Of a DNA stretch of 64,000 nt, positions 6,881 to 16,414 are shown one piece after another. This stretch comes from a virus. Both the position numbers and the translations under genes were made by a program. Positions within the stretch are counted from its first letter, which is position 1; the number at the start of each line of letters is the position of its first letter. The notes under the pieces are model-generated. The model saw only the letters and a program-made list of their open reading frames with translations, was not told the DNA's origin and searched no databases. Where the stretch lies: IMG/VR virus record IMGVR_UViG_3300042888_001055; one strand, 5' to 3'.

Positions 6881-8191
6881 ATGTTTTGTAAAACTATCTG
6901 GAATGGGATTTATATTTTACCGTACGGTGATATTCGGCTGTGTTCTATTGGAAACAATTCCGATGCATCATTAGATATGAATACTGCTAGGGATGAGAAC
7001 GGTGTTGCTATGAATATTCTTACTCATAGCATCAAGGAAATTGTTAATTCTAAAAAACATCTTGAGGTAAGAAAACTAAACATAGATGATCCAACGGCGT
7101 GGAGCCAGCATTGTTCTTGCTGTGAGAATAGGGAAATGGTTACTAAAAATAATGTATTACACCCTAATTCAAGTAGAAGGTTATATTTAAAACAGGTTAT
7201 AAAATCAAACGACATAGTTACTGAATCAAACTGTACAGAAAAAGCCAGCGCAGATGGTAATATCGACTGGTATCCGAGTAGTTTAGATATACGATTTGGA
7301 AATCTATGCAATCAAAAATGCGTAATGTGCAGTCCTATATATAGTAAACTATGGTATGATGAATATACTGAATACTATAAAACCAATCTATTTGGTAGCG
7401 GTACAAATAATAAGAAAATTTCTTTAGTTAAAAATAACAACGGTCAATGGCAACAACCCAAAGAAATGGAATGGTACGAAGATCCAAGGTGGTGGCCAAA
7501 GTTTAAAGAAATGATGCCATATCTACGACACATTTATGTGACCGGGGGTGAGCCAATGATTGTACCATCGCACGATACAATGTTAGATATACTAATAGAG
7601 AATGATTTAGCAAAGAACATAGTACTTGAGTATGATACAAATCTAACTGTCATTAATACAAAATTATTCCATCGTTGGAAACATTTTAATAAGGTGTTGA
7701 TTCGTGTTAGTATGGATGCTATTAAAGAAAAATATAATTTAATTAGGTTTGGAGGTAACTGGGAAAAGTTTGTTGATAATATTGAAAAACTAAAAACATA
7801 TGAAGAAGAATCCGAAGGACGAATTAAGATACAAGCAATCACCTCTTGTTTTCAAATCAGTACAGCATTGAATATTGTAGAATCAGAAGAATGGTGTAAT
7901 ACTATGAAGTTGCCATTTCATATTAGGTTTTTAGATGGCCCTGACAAACATGCTACTATGTCACTACCCATTTCTGCAAAAGAAGAATTAATAGATTTTT
8001 ATTCAAATCATAATACAGAAAAATCAAAACTAATAGTAAATTATCTATCGGAGCACTTATATTCGACACGAGGATCAGTGGACGAGATACATTCATTTAT
8101 TAATTTCATGGATTTCCTTGACAATAGCAGATCAACTAACTGGAGAGAGACTCTTTCGGATATCCACACTTTCCTTGAAAGGCATAAATGA
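6881..8191 (+). CDS. radical SAM protein with N-terminal SPASM/twitch-like Cys cluster
   Basis: CNQKCVMC, TGGEP; N-terminal C...GDIRLC...CSCC; TATAAATA at 6850-6857; start reassigned to MFCK. Confidence 0.9.
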   Translation: MFCKTIWNGIYILPYGDIRLCSIGNNSDASLDMNTARDENGVAMNILTHSIKEIVNSKKHLEVRKLNIDDPTAWSQHCSCCENREMVTKNNVLHPNSSRRLYLKQVIKSNDIVTESNCTEKASADGNIDWYPSSLDIRFGNLCNQKCVMCSPIYSKLWYDEYTEYYKTNLFGSGTNNKKISLVKNNNGQWQQPKEMEWYEDPRWWPKFKEMMPYLRHIYVTGGEPMIVPSHDTMLDILIENDLAKNIVLEYDTNLTVINTKLFHRWKHFNKVLIRVSMDAIKEKYNLIRFGGNWEKFVDNIEKLKTYEEESEGRIKIQAITSCFQISTALNIVESEEWCNTMKLPFHIRFLDGPDKHATMSLPISAKEELIDFYSNHNTEKSKLIVNYLSEHLYSTRGSVDEIHSFINFMDFLDNSRSTNWRETLSDIHTFLERHK

Positions 8192-8775
8192 ATTATATAC
8201 ATTTAGGTAAGGCCCCGCAATCATTTATTGAAAAAATACAAAAATTAATTGAATTAAAGCACGATACCAATGCCACATATGAATGGATAATGTTTGATTA
8301 CGGCATGCAAGAAATATTTAATTCTGTGTTTCCTATCCCTGAACTAAAAATACAATATTTACCTAATAATGTAATAAATCAAAAAGCGTTTTTTTCTAGC
8401 CCATTTAATGGTTTTAGACCACATAAAGATGGTATTGATTGTCAATGCGCTCTTAATATTGCCGTCTCATGTAATAAAGAAGATTGGGTAAGATGGTATG
8501 ATGAAGATTATATTAATAATATTTCAAGCACACATAGAAACAATACAACAGAATCTCATAGACATAGTAGAAACACAGACCTGCATGAATATGAGGATAT
8601 CCCATTTATTGACGAAATGAGACAAAATATAGGTGATGTTTATTTAGTTAATACTAATGTTTATCATAGTTTCAAATGCTATGGACCACTTAATCGTATA
8701 ATTATACAGACTAAGCTTGAAGATAATCCTAATATTGTAGAAGTTTATGAAAATTTAAAATATTATTTTAAATAA
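8188..8775 (+). CDS. cupin/2OG-Fe(II) oxygenase-like protein
   Basis: PHKDG...ALNI...VNTNVYHS...RIII. Confidence 0.7.
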   Translation: MNYIHLGKAPQSFIEKIQKLIELKHDTNATYEWIMFDYGMQEIFNSVFPIPELKIQYLPNNVINQKAFFSSPFNGFRPHKDGIDCQCALNIAVSCNKEDWVRWYDEDYINNISSTHRNNTTESHRHSRNTDLHEYEDIPFIDEMRQNIGDVYLVNTNVYHSFKCYGPLNRIIIQTKLEDNPNIVEVYENLKYYFK

Positions 8776-9631
8776 CTAAATCAATATTTGCCCTATAGAA
8801 ATTGCGAATTTCGCCGGAATTCAGAATAAGTTTACTTCTATTATGAACAAAAGACCAATTATCATAAATTGCTATATCAAACGTGTCCCAAGTGTGATAG
8901 TAGGTACGATTTGGTATTTTTAATAATTCTTTAATATACGTTCCTATTAGAGAACAATCTGGTTGAAGTATATCATCAATTTTTACATTGCATATCCAAG
9001 CATCCTTACATACTCCGGGTATATTATAGAAATTCAATCTTAATGATTTTTCTTTAGTGACAGGATGTTCTTTTATGAAATCAAATTCTTGCAAATCTTG
9101 TAGTGGTTTATGCTCAGGCCCAGATACTTTATACCAACTCTGTTGAATAATTTTAACTCTTGGGATTAGTTTTAAGAGTTCTTCATTCATATCTGTTAAC
9201 GGAAGATTTATATTTAAAAACCCAGTTATACCTGAAATTTCAGGATTTGGATTTTGTGTAATCCAAAGACTACGAAACGGAAACGGGTTCTCTCTCTTAT
9301 TAGGAATATCAGCATGCCATGGCATTGGTTGAACATTAAGTCTAGGAGCATTTATATTATTGAACGGGCTTAATACATAGTCACCCATAGGTGTAGTTAT
9401 TGTTTCAGTTTTTTCTTGACTATATGAATAATCAGTTTTATTCCACATATTACCAAACTGTGAGCAGAACAAGGCATAATCTTCAACTGAAAAATTCATT
9501 TTTTTGAACACAAGTAATTTTCTAGCATATATCAATGATCTCCAAAAAGAAAAATCTTTGTTAAAAAAGTCTTTTGGATTTTCAAATTCTATTGTTGAAC
9601 CCCAAGATTCATGTATGTTCTTTATTTTCAT
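8768..9631 (-). CDS. TauD/TfdA family dioxygenase
   Basis: WHADIP, HPVTKEKSL, HTW...DIAIYDNWSFVHNR; start reassigned to MKIKNI. Confidence 0.88.
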   Translation of the reverse strand: MKIKNIHESWGSTIEFENPKDFFNKDFSFWRSLIYARKLLVFKKMNFSVEDYALFCSQFGNMWNKTDYSYSQEKTETITTPMGDYVLSPFNNINAPRLNVQPMPWHADIPNKRENPFPFRSLWITQNPNPEISGITGFLNINLPLTDMNEELLKLIPRVKIIQQSWYKVSGPEHKPLQDLQEFDFIKEHPVTKEKSLRLNFYNIPGVCKDAWICNVKIDDILQPDCSLIGTYIKELLKIPNRTYYHTWDTFDIAIYDNWSFVHNRSKLILNSGEIRNFYRANIDLVI

Positions 9632-9661
9632 ATTGGTTATTTTATATAGATAAATATCCAT

Positions 9662-10282
9662 ATGCATATATTAAATTCGCACAGTGACATATGTTATCCT
9701 ATTACACTGACTACAAACCTTAATAATTTAAATGAGTCAATATCAACACTATTTATTAGATTGGGTATTAGCAAAGAATTATTCTTTAAAGATTTAGAGA
9801 AAGCTTTGATAATTACACTAAATCTGTCTCATTTACCAACTTTGCAAGGAGCTGATAGGTGGAAAAAACATGCAGGAAATCACCCATCGGTTAAAGCTGA
9901 ATCAGTTTCTGAGATTGATTTTACACAGTTTCTTACTGAGATGGATGATCTTTATATTAAAAAAGTAATAGATGATATATTCACATACCATGAACTTAAA
10001 TTTGGAAAGAAATTTCAAGGTAGGTGTCAATTGATTGCTAGTCGAGCACCTCAATGTTATAAAATACATAGAGATTTACATACTACCCATAGATATCATA
10101 TACCGTTAGAAACTGATGAAAGATTTTTATGGTTATTTGAAGATGATAATAAGGATATTACATTACTTCATATGCCAGCTGACGGTAGAATATGGTATCT
10201 AAATCCAGTAACTGCTAAACATACAGTGATTCACGTAGGCTCATCAATTCGTTTTCATATTCTATTAACTAGCAGTGTTTAG
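9662..10282 (+). CDS. AspH-like 2OG-Fe(II) oxygenase
   Basis: YKIHRD...RYHIPLET...ADGRIW...KHTVIH...RFHI. Confidence 0.78.
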   Translation: MHILNSHSDICYPITLTTNLNNLNESISTLFIRLGISKELFFKDLEKALIITLNLSHLPTLQGADRWKKHAGNHPSVKAESVSEIDFTQFLTEMDDLYIKKVIDDIFTYHELKFGKKFQGRCQLIASRAPQCYKIHRDLHTTHRYHIPLETDERFLWLFEDDNKDITLLHMPADGRIWYLNPVTAKHTVIHVGSSIRFHILLTSSV

Positions 10283-10293
10283 TAGCAACTAAG

Positions 10294-11085
10294 TTATTTT
10301 AAGAAAGGTAGAAAAATTCTGCAAGGATCAAATTCCCACCATTTGCCACTAATATTAGTTCCGAAGTCATATGACTTAGGGTCATGATGATGATTATTAT
10401 GCCAACCTTGTCCCCATCCTAAATAGCCTAAAACAAAATTATTCTGACTCATATCGGTGGTGTCAAAATTTCGATATCCAATTATAGATTTCCAATGTCC
10501 AAACAAATTAGTAAGATTGTCTTGAACCAGTGTAATTGCAATGGGTAGACATAATAATGACAAACTCAATTTCCAATTGATCAATGCAACCAATATTGGT
10601 ATTCCCCATAATATTTTAAATTGATTATTATGAAACCAAATGTGATTCTCTTTACGTAACAGATTGGCTGCATATCGCATGTTTATAGGATTAGCTTCAG
10701 TAATCTTAGTTGTCCACGTGAATACTGAATGAATTTTGCCGTGTATTGGACTATGCAAATCTTTAGGAGTGTCACTGTATCTATGATGATACCCTCTATG
10801 AATTGCTACCCAAGAAATACTTGATCCTTCACCACTAAGTATTCCAAAAAACAATATAAGATTTTCTTTCCATTTTGGAAGATTTGGATGAGTGTTGTGT
10901 GAAAAAATTCTATGGAATCCTACTGCTACTCCTAGACCGGCAATACATACCCAGCCCAAGAATGTAAACCAAAGATACCATAATGGTATAGCACTATTAA
11001 TAAACAATATAATAGTAAATATACCTAATGTTATAAATGGTATAAAGCTGAACCAGGAATATCTAGAAATATTTTTGAACATCAT
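10294..11085 (-). CDS. membrane fatty-acid desaturase (delta-9 acyl-CoA/lipid type)
   Basis: Three His boxes HRIFSH, HRGYHH, HNNHH; DLHSP; WWEFDP; transmembrane segments. Confidence 0.93.
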   Translation of the reverse strand: MMFKNISRYSWFSFIPFITLGIFTIILFINSAIPLWYLWFTFLGWVCIAGLGVAVGFHRIFSHNTHPNLPKWKENLILFFGILSGEGSSISWVAIHRGYHHRYSDTPKDLHSPIHGKIHSVFTWTTKITEANPINMRYAANLLRKENHIWFHNNQFKILWGIPILVALINWKLSLSLLCLPIAITLVQDNLTNLFGHWKSIIGYRNFDTTDMSQNNFVLGYLGWGQGWHNNHHHDPKSYDFGTNISGKWWEFDPCRIFLPFLK

Positions 11086-11089
11086 GTAT

Positions 11090-11686
11090 TTATAATCTTC
11101 CTGCGTTTGACCAATTAGTGCGATATGCGTTTTTTAAAAATGTGCAACGAACTACAGTATCAATTGGTATCAAAGTACGATTATATAATATTTGCCAATG
11201 TAAATTATACTTGCATTGATGTTTTAAAGGTATCATATACTCATCGAAATAATCATATCTTTCATTAGCCCATTCACTGAAGGTAAATCTTCTTAATAAC
11301 TTTGCATGTTTAGCAGACCATAATGTATAAAACTTTAATCTACCTCGTTCTTCATTGTGCTTGATTGCAGTATCTAGTAATAATTGTGCTACTTTTTTAT
11401 CCCCTGAGTTTTTTATGTGTGTTCCGTACCAACTAGCATCATCTGTTGATTCATAGAATCCTATCAAACCCTGAACTATACCTCCGTCATCTATAGCACC
11501 ATAGGCATGATAATTATTCAAATCTGACAAATATGTGTCGCTGAATGCAGTATGATAATATTCTACATAGTCTTGGTCAGTAGCAACAAAATAATTACTG
11601 TGAACCATGGAGCCCATATATTTTTTCTTTTCAAAAAGTCTACGTACACCTAATATATTAGATGAATCTAATTTAACAATTTTCAT
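11090..11686 (-). CDS. GNAT-like hypothetical protein
   Basis: AYGAIDDGGIVQGLIGF beta pattern and VAQLLLDTAI helix resemble GNAT motif A. Confidence 0.45.
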   Translation of the reverse strand: MKIVKLDSSNILGVRRLFEKKKYMGSMVHSNYFVATDQDYVEYYHTAFSDTYLSDLNNYHAYGAIDDGGIVQGLIGFYESTDDASWYGTHIKNSGDKKVAQLLLDTAIKHNEERGRLKFYTLWSAKHAKLLRRFTFSEWANERYDYFDEYMIPLKHQCKYNLHWQILYNRTLIPIDTVVRCTFLKNAYRTNWSNAGRL

Positions 11687-12600
11687 TCATTACCTTTTAA
11701 CATATTAATAACTTTATTAAATTCTATTCCATCAACATTTGATTCTAATCTCATTATTTGTTCATATGTTAGCTGTCTATACGCTTCAAAATTAAAACCC
11801 AATAATTTTTCAAATCCATGTGTCTTTTTACGAACTCTAATTTCAGGTACTAGCTTTTTTAATATAGTATTTTTGCTACTTACTGATGATAGTTTATAAT
11901 TATATTTGGTAGATACTAAATTAACAATATCAGGATCTTCTAAATAATAGAGTAACAATTCAGGAGTATAACTAAAATATTCATTAACCAATGGTATACC
12001 AAATTTTAAACTAAAACGCATTGCACTAGCATCTTCATTCTCACGTATACAGTAAAACCAAGTACTTGGATCAGTATTGATATTTCTTTTTAAAAATACT
12101 TCCCCACCCATTACTGCCGGCATTCCTATTTTTTTAATAGAATGATATACCATTAAATATGTAATCTGTGTACATTGCAATTCTCTACCAAACTCACTAG
12201 CCTCACCGCTGTATAGAAAATCTTTTACATCAAAATCTATGATGTTCAACTCTAAATCTAATTCTGTAGCTAAATCAATTGCTTCATTCACATCAAAAAT
12301 ATTATAGTCATCTTTAAATTTAATGACAAAACATTTGGGTTTTATACCAATATCTACAAAGTTTCTAGCAACAATTTCGCTATCTGTTCCGCCACTGAGA
12401 AACAATGCAATATCCGATTTGTAGTCTTGGTAAATCAAATCAGCCGTTCTATGTAATTCTTGCTTATAATTACTTTTTTTATAATGATCCTTATCAATTG
12501 ATCCCAAAAAAATCTTGTAACGCTGTATTGGTGAGGTTCTGTATCCAAACTCTACCCCATCAATTGAATATTTTAAATGATTTTGATGAGTAAAATACAT
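11683..12600 (-). CDS. PP-loop ATPase (asparagine-synthetase C-domain-like)
   Basis: ALFLSGGTDSE; C-terminal RKKTHGFE. Confidence 0.78.
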   Translation of the reverse strand: MYFTHQNHLKYSIDGVEFGYRTSPIQRYKIFLGSIDKDHYKKSNYKQELHRTADLIYQDYKSDIALFLSGGTDSEIVARNFVDIGIKPKCFVIKFKDDYNIFDVNEAIDLATELDLELNIIDFDVKDFLYSGEASEFGRELQCTQITYLMVYHSIKKIGMPAVMGGEVFLKRNINTDPSTWFYCIRENEDASAMRFSLKFGIPLVNEYFSYTPELLLYYLEDPDIVNLVSTKYNYKLSSVSSKNTILKKLVPEIRVRKKTHGFEKLLGFNFEAYRQLTYEQIMRLESNVDGIEFNKVINMLKGNE

Positions 12601-12621
12601 AGTATGTTATTTAGCAGTGAA

Positions 12622-13212
12622 TTAGTCTGAGTATATTTTAACAACATCTTCAAAGTTTGGATTACCTGCAAATCTAATACTCATTAAGTATCTATAGTTT
12701 TTGTTTAACTTATTATCTATTCTATGCCAAACATCTGTATTAACTATAGATGGTGTTTCAATCAAACATCGGTGTGCCGGTGTGTACACACCGGCTGGTG
12801 TGTCTTCTATTCTATATGATGAATGATTTTTTTCAATTGTTGTTAATCTTACATTAGTGTATCCGGAAACAACTTTAAATTCATCAAATATATTTTCAAA
12901 CCAATCCATAAATCCCTCATCACAATTAAGTAATGGTATATTTAATGCAGCTTTTCTATCAATGCCATCACGATGAACCATGCCGGTTGATTCCGGGGTA
13001 ATAGCAAATATTTGAAATACTACCGGTTTTATTTTTAAACCAGCAAGCATCCAATCGGGAAAGTTATTTAGTTGTCTGTATATGATAGTATGACCGTCGC
13101 CGGTTTTTTCAGATAATATTTTTGCCCGATCATTATTAATAAATTGATTACCATATTCTTTTAATCTAAGAAAAAAGTCATTCCATTCTAAATGTGTTAC
13201 TACATTATTCAT
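12622..13212 (-). CDS. cupin/2OG-Fe(II) oxygenase-like protein
   Basis: VHRDG...ALNIP...VNTDVWHRIDN...RYLMSIRF. Confidence 0.72.
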   Translation of the reverse strand: MNNVVTHLEWNDFFLRLKEYGNQFINNDRAKILSEKTGDGHTIIYRQLNNFPDWMLAGLKIKPVVFQIFAITPESTGMVHRDGIDRKAALNIPLLNCDEGFMDWFENIFDEFKVVSGYTNVRLTTIEKNHSSYRIEDTPAGVYTPAHRCLIETPSIVNTDVWHRIDNKLNKNYRYLMSIRFAGNPNFEDVVKIYSD

Positions 13213-13808
13213 TTTTTAATATCCAATATAGAAACTATACGAGGTTGTTCTACATTCATTTCTTCATAATCAACCCCGTGACTTAAATTACCATCATCAA
13301 ACATAAAAGAATTATCCATTCCTTCTTCCCATTTCTTTTTATCTCCCTCAATGTTAAATGTAAATCCGGGATTTGTTTGAAAACATATATGGGCTCGCCA
13401 AGCATGATTACTAACTCCATAATGATATGATAAGTTTGCTTTGGGATATGCAATATTAAAGAAACATTGTTCCAGTGTGTCATCAAACGTGTTTATAAAA
13501 TCCTGCCATCTTATCAATTTGTTATACACTTCAGGATATCTATTTTTAAATGGGTATCTATATAAACCATGTGTATCTGTCCATCTTGTTAATCTTAATT
13601 CATTTACATCTAATAAAGTTTTAGTAAGCTTAAATGCAACAACATCAATTCTACCATCATATAATAATTCTCCGGTGTTTCGTATGTATTTAGGTTTATC
13701 TGCCTTATTCATAGGCATCACGTGTTCAATAAATTCTGATTTTAACTCATCGTAATGAGTTGTATAATAATCAGCTATTTTTCCAATAAAAGGTAAAAAA
13801 TGTGTCAT
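13209..13808 (-). CDS. AspH/LpxO-like hydroxylase (H-x-G type)
   Basis: LSYHYGV...WRAHIC...WEEG...FDD...SHGV...RIVSILD. Confidence 0.8.
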   Translation of the reverse strand: MTHFLPFIGKIADYYTTHYDELKSEFIEHVMPMNKADKPKYIRNTGELLYDGRIDVVAFKLTKTLLDVNELRLTRWTDTHGLYRYPFKNRYPEVYNKLIRWQDFINTFDDTLEQCFFNIAYPKANLSYHYGVSNHAWRAHICFQTNPGFTFNIEGDKKKWEEGMDNSFMFDDGNLSHGVDYEEMNVEQPRIVSILDIKK

Positions 13809-13840
13809 TATTATTTCAATAAAAATTAATCTCTAGGGTG

Positions 13841-14434
13841 CTATATCTCATCTTTATACCTGATCATCTTATTTAATATATCAAACTTAGTACCAAATCC
13901 ATATGTAATAAGATATCTAGGTATATCTAGTTTACCCTCGACTGCATGAATTTGATTAGTATTTAATAAGTACCCAAACCCTTCTTCAACTATATAGGAA
14001 CTATGATTATTTTCAAAGTTTTCATAAACACCGTCATTACTTATTTTAGTGATTGCTGTAGAACTATTTTTAATCCCTATATTAATACATGAGTATCTCC
14101 CGGCTTCATCTCTATGAGGTATAATATTACCTAAGGTACGTATTAAATGAACTCTTTCTATAGTAGGTGGAGAATTATTTGGGAGAACAGTGGTCAATAC
14201 TTCTATCACTTTGTTAACCATTTGAGATAATATCGGGTGCTTAAATGTATGCCGAGTAAATGCAATTGATCCTATTATAGATCCTTCATTTCTATATTCC
14301 ATCCAGCACGGGTAGTCGGGTATTACAAAATCTCCACCATATTTATGAATAACAGTTTCTAGTTTTTCTGCTTCATCAACATATATTTGAAAATCGTTTG
14401 GATTAATTAATTTACCTAGAGGTATAATGTTCAT
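13841..14434 (-). CDS. cupin/2OG-Fe(II) oxygenase-like protein
   Basis: IPHRDE...CINI...LNTNQIHAV...RYLITY. Confidence 0.72.
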   Translation of the reverse strand: MNIIPLGKLINPNDFQIYVDEAEKLETVIHKYGGDFVIPDYPCWMEYRNEGSIIGSIAFTRHTFKHPILSQMVNKVIEVLTTVLPNNSPPTIERVHLIRTLGNIIPHRDEAGRYSCINIGIKNSSTAITKISNDGVYENFENNHSSYIVEEGFGYLLNTNQIHAVEGKLDIPRYLITYGFGTKFDILNKMIRYKDEI

Positions 14435-14970
14435 TTTTGATACTCTGCCACGTATTGTTCTGTATAGTAGATTGTTTTCTTTCCAATTGGTTTAAAATTT
14501 CGATATATGTCAGGCCAATCATTAAATAATCCACCTGCTTTACCTTGTTCCACTCTAACAAACCATTCGTAAATCTTTTTATTGTATTCATTACATGTAA
14601 ACCATATATGTTTGTAATCTTTTACTTCTGCTAAGGCTAATGGTAGAATATTATTAGCTATATGATAGTTCATTCTAAACTTGGGTATAGTATACATACG
14701 TGTTAACATTAATGCAATATTATTGTCTAAATCATATTCATTCCATCCTGCACTAGCAATATAATTACCATCTTCCTCTATAATATAGTATTTACCCTGC
14801 CCTAATTTATATCTTCCGGACTTTAATGTATTAAACAAATTACCCGGAGTACTTTCATAATCCGGGTGATAGTTAGTAACATAACTTTCTTTATCAATGT
14901 GTGATAAACCTTGTTTTAATAAAGTTATTACACGTTGATTATTTAGGCCATGTATTTCATGCACGATCAT
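14431..14970 (-). CDS. GNAT-like acetyltransferase
   Basis: YYIIEEDGNYIASAGW...LTRMYTIPKFR...WFTCNEYN. Confidence 0.6.
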   Translation of the reverse strand: MIVHEIHGLNNQRVITLLKQGLSHIDKESYVTNYHPDYESTPGNLFNTLKSGRYKLGQGKYYIIEEDGNYIASAGWNEYDLDNNIALMLTRMYTIPKFRMNYHIANNILPLALAEVKDYKHIWFTCNEYNKKIYEWFVRVEQGKAGGLFNDWPDIYRNFKPIGKKTIYYTEQYVAEYQK

Positions 14971-15099
14971 TTATAATGTTTCGTAGTCTACTTTAAAACC
15001 ACCGCACTCTGGACAAGGAAAATCTTCTGGTAGATCATCCCATTTACCTTCTGTTTCTTCATCGTGAACATGTCCACAAATTACACATACATGATCCAT
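14971..15099 (-). CDS. rubredoxin (42 aa, not in ORF track)
   Basis: MDHVCVICGHVHDEETEGKWDDLPEDFPCPECGGFKVDYETL*; CxxC...W..LPED..CPxC. Confidence 0.9.
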   Translation of the reverse strand: MDHVCVICGHVHDEETEGKWDDLPEDFPCPECGGFKVDYETL

Positions 15100-15563
15100 T
15101 ATTCTGCTCCCTTTGTTAATTCATCTAATTTAGCTTGATATGCTTCAGCATGGCGCTTCTCTACTTTAGCAAGAGCCGCAAAACGTTTTTCAGCTTTCTT
15201 TAGTATTTCTTGGAACTCACTAGCATGACGCTGTGATTCTTCAATCTGATGTTGTGCTTCTTTGGCTGCACCTAGATTACCTTCAAATTCAGCAATCTCA
15301 CGGAACTCTGGGTACATAATCTGATACTCATAAGTCTCACCCTCAATAGCCATCTCTAAACATTGTTTAGTATCTGGTTTCTTAATAAGTAATTCTAAAT
15401 GACCCCATGCATGTAATAATTCTTGGTCTGCTGTATGCTCAAAATGTTTTGCAATATCTTCATGCCCCTCAGCACGTGCAATTTTTGCAAAATATTTATA
15501 TTTTACATGTGCCTGGCTTTCACCGGCTAGTGCCCCTTGTAGGCTAGTTATAGTTTCTGACAT
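15099..15563 (-). CDS. rubrerythrin-family protein
   Basis: AGESQA..KY..FA..AR.EG, E-xx-H, GETYE...MYP, E-xx-H diiron motifs. Confidence 0.92.
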   Translation of the reverse strand: MSETITSLQGALAGESQAHVKYKYFAKIARAEGHEDIAKHFEHTADQELLHAWGHLELLIKKPDTKQCLEMAIEGETYEYQIMYPEFREIAEFEGNLGAAKEAQHQIEESQRHASEFQEILKKAEKRFAALAKVEKRHAEAYQAKLDELTKGAE

Positions 15564-15584
15564 AGTTTCTCCTTTGTGTGTATA

Positions 15585-15887
15585 TCATTCATCAGATGGT
15601 ATTAAACCATTACTGTGTTTATCTGTTGTTTTTTCAACATCCTGAAACAAACGTTTCTCTTGTGCTGTTAATGTATCTTTATGTGATCTGCGTGGGTTAC
15701 CGCATAAGGGACATTGTGGGTTACCACAATCCATAACATGATGTTTAGCTAACCGATGTGGTTCTTTTATTACTTTATCTTTGTTAGATAATCCGTGTGC
15801 TTTTGCTATCTTAACTTGTTTCTTAACTGCTAGTTCGTCACGATGACGGCGTTGTGAGTTTAAAAATTTTGCTAATTCATTGGCCAT
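15585..15887 (-). CDS. hypothetical protein with Cys motif
   Basis: CGNPQCPLCGNPRR; overlaps iscU stop. Confidence 0.75.
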   Translation of the reverse strand: MANELAKFLNSQRRHRDELAVKKQVKIAKAHGLSNKDKVIKEPHRLAKHHVMDCGNPQCPLCGNPRRSHKDTLTAQEKRLFQDVEKTTDKHSNGLIPSDE

Positions 15888-16266
15888 TATATCTCTTTCT
15901 ATAATCTTCTACTGCGGCTTTGATGGCGTCTTCGGCGAGGATACTGCAGTGGATTTTGACTGGGGGGAGGCTGAGTTCGTCGGCAATATGGGAGTTTTTA
16001 ATGGATGTTGCTTCATCCAATGTTTTACCCTTGACCCAGTCTGTGACAAGACTTGAAGAAGCAATTGCCGACCCACACCCATATGTTTTAAATTTGGCAT
16101 CTGTTATAATTCCTGTTTCTTTATTTACTTTAATTTGTAATTTCATTACATCACCGCATGCAGGTGCGCCAACCATACCAGTACCAATACCAGTATCACT
16201 CTTATCAAAAGATCCGACATTCCTGGGATTTTCATAGTGGTCAATAACTTGTGCGCTATAAGCCAT
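15877..16266 (-). CDS. iscU: Fe-S cluster scaffold IscU
   Basis: DHYENPRNVG, GAPACGDVM, FKTYGCGSAIAS, LPPVKIHCS. Confidence 0.97.
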   Translation of the reverse strand: MAYSAQVIDHYENPRNVGSFDKSDTGIGTGMVGAPACGDVMKLQIKVNKETGIITDAKFKTYGCGSAIASSSLVTDWVKGKTLDEATSIKNSHIADELSLPPVKIHCSILAEDAIKAAVEDYRKRYNGQ

Positions 16267-16269
16267 ATA

Positions 16270-16386
16270 TTAATCCTTTTTGAACATAGTCAAAATCTTT
16301 GCTTGTATATTCTTTGCAAACTGAGGCTGCGGGAAATTCCAACCAATAAATGCACCTAGTGCTAACCAAAATAACGTTTCTAACAT
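16270..16386 (-). CDS. 38-aa membrane peptide (not in ORF track)
   Basis: MLETLFWLALGAFIGWNFPQPQFAKNIQAKILTMFKKD*; SD AAGGAG; CTAAATA upstream. Confidence 0.7.
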   Translation of the reverse strand: MLETLFWLALGAFIGWNFPQPQFAKNIQAKILTMFKKD

Positions 16387-16414
16387 AATATATTCTCCTT
16401 GTATGTTATTGTAT

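Noticed and set aside
15099-16266. Host chromosomal DNA or contamination (iscU, rubrerythrin)
   Set aside because: Genes are tightly packed among phage-type ORFs with the same composition and lack isc operon neighbours.
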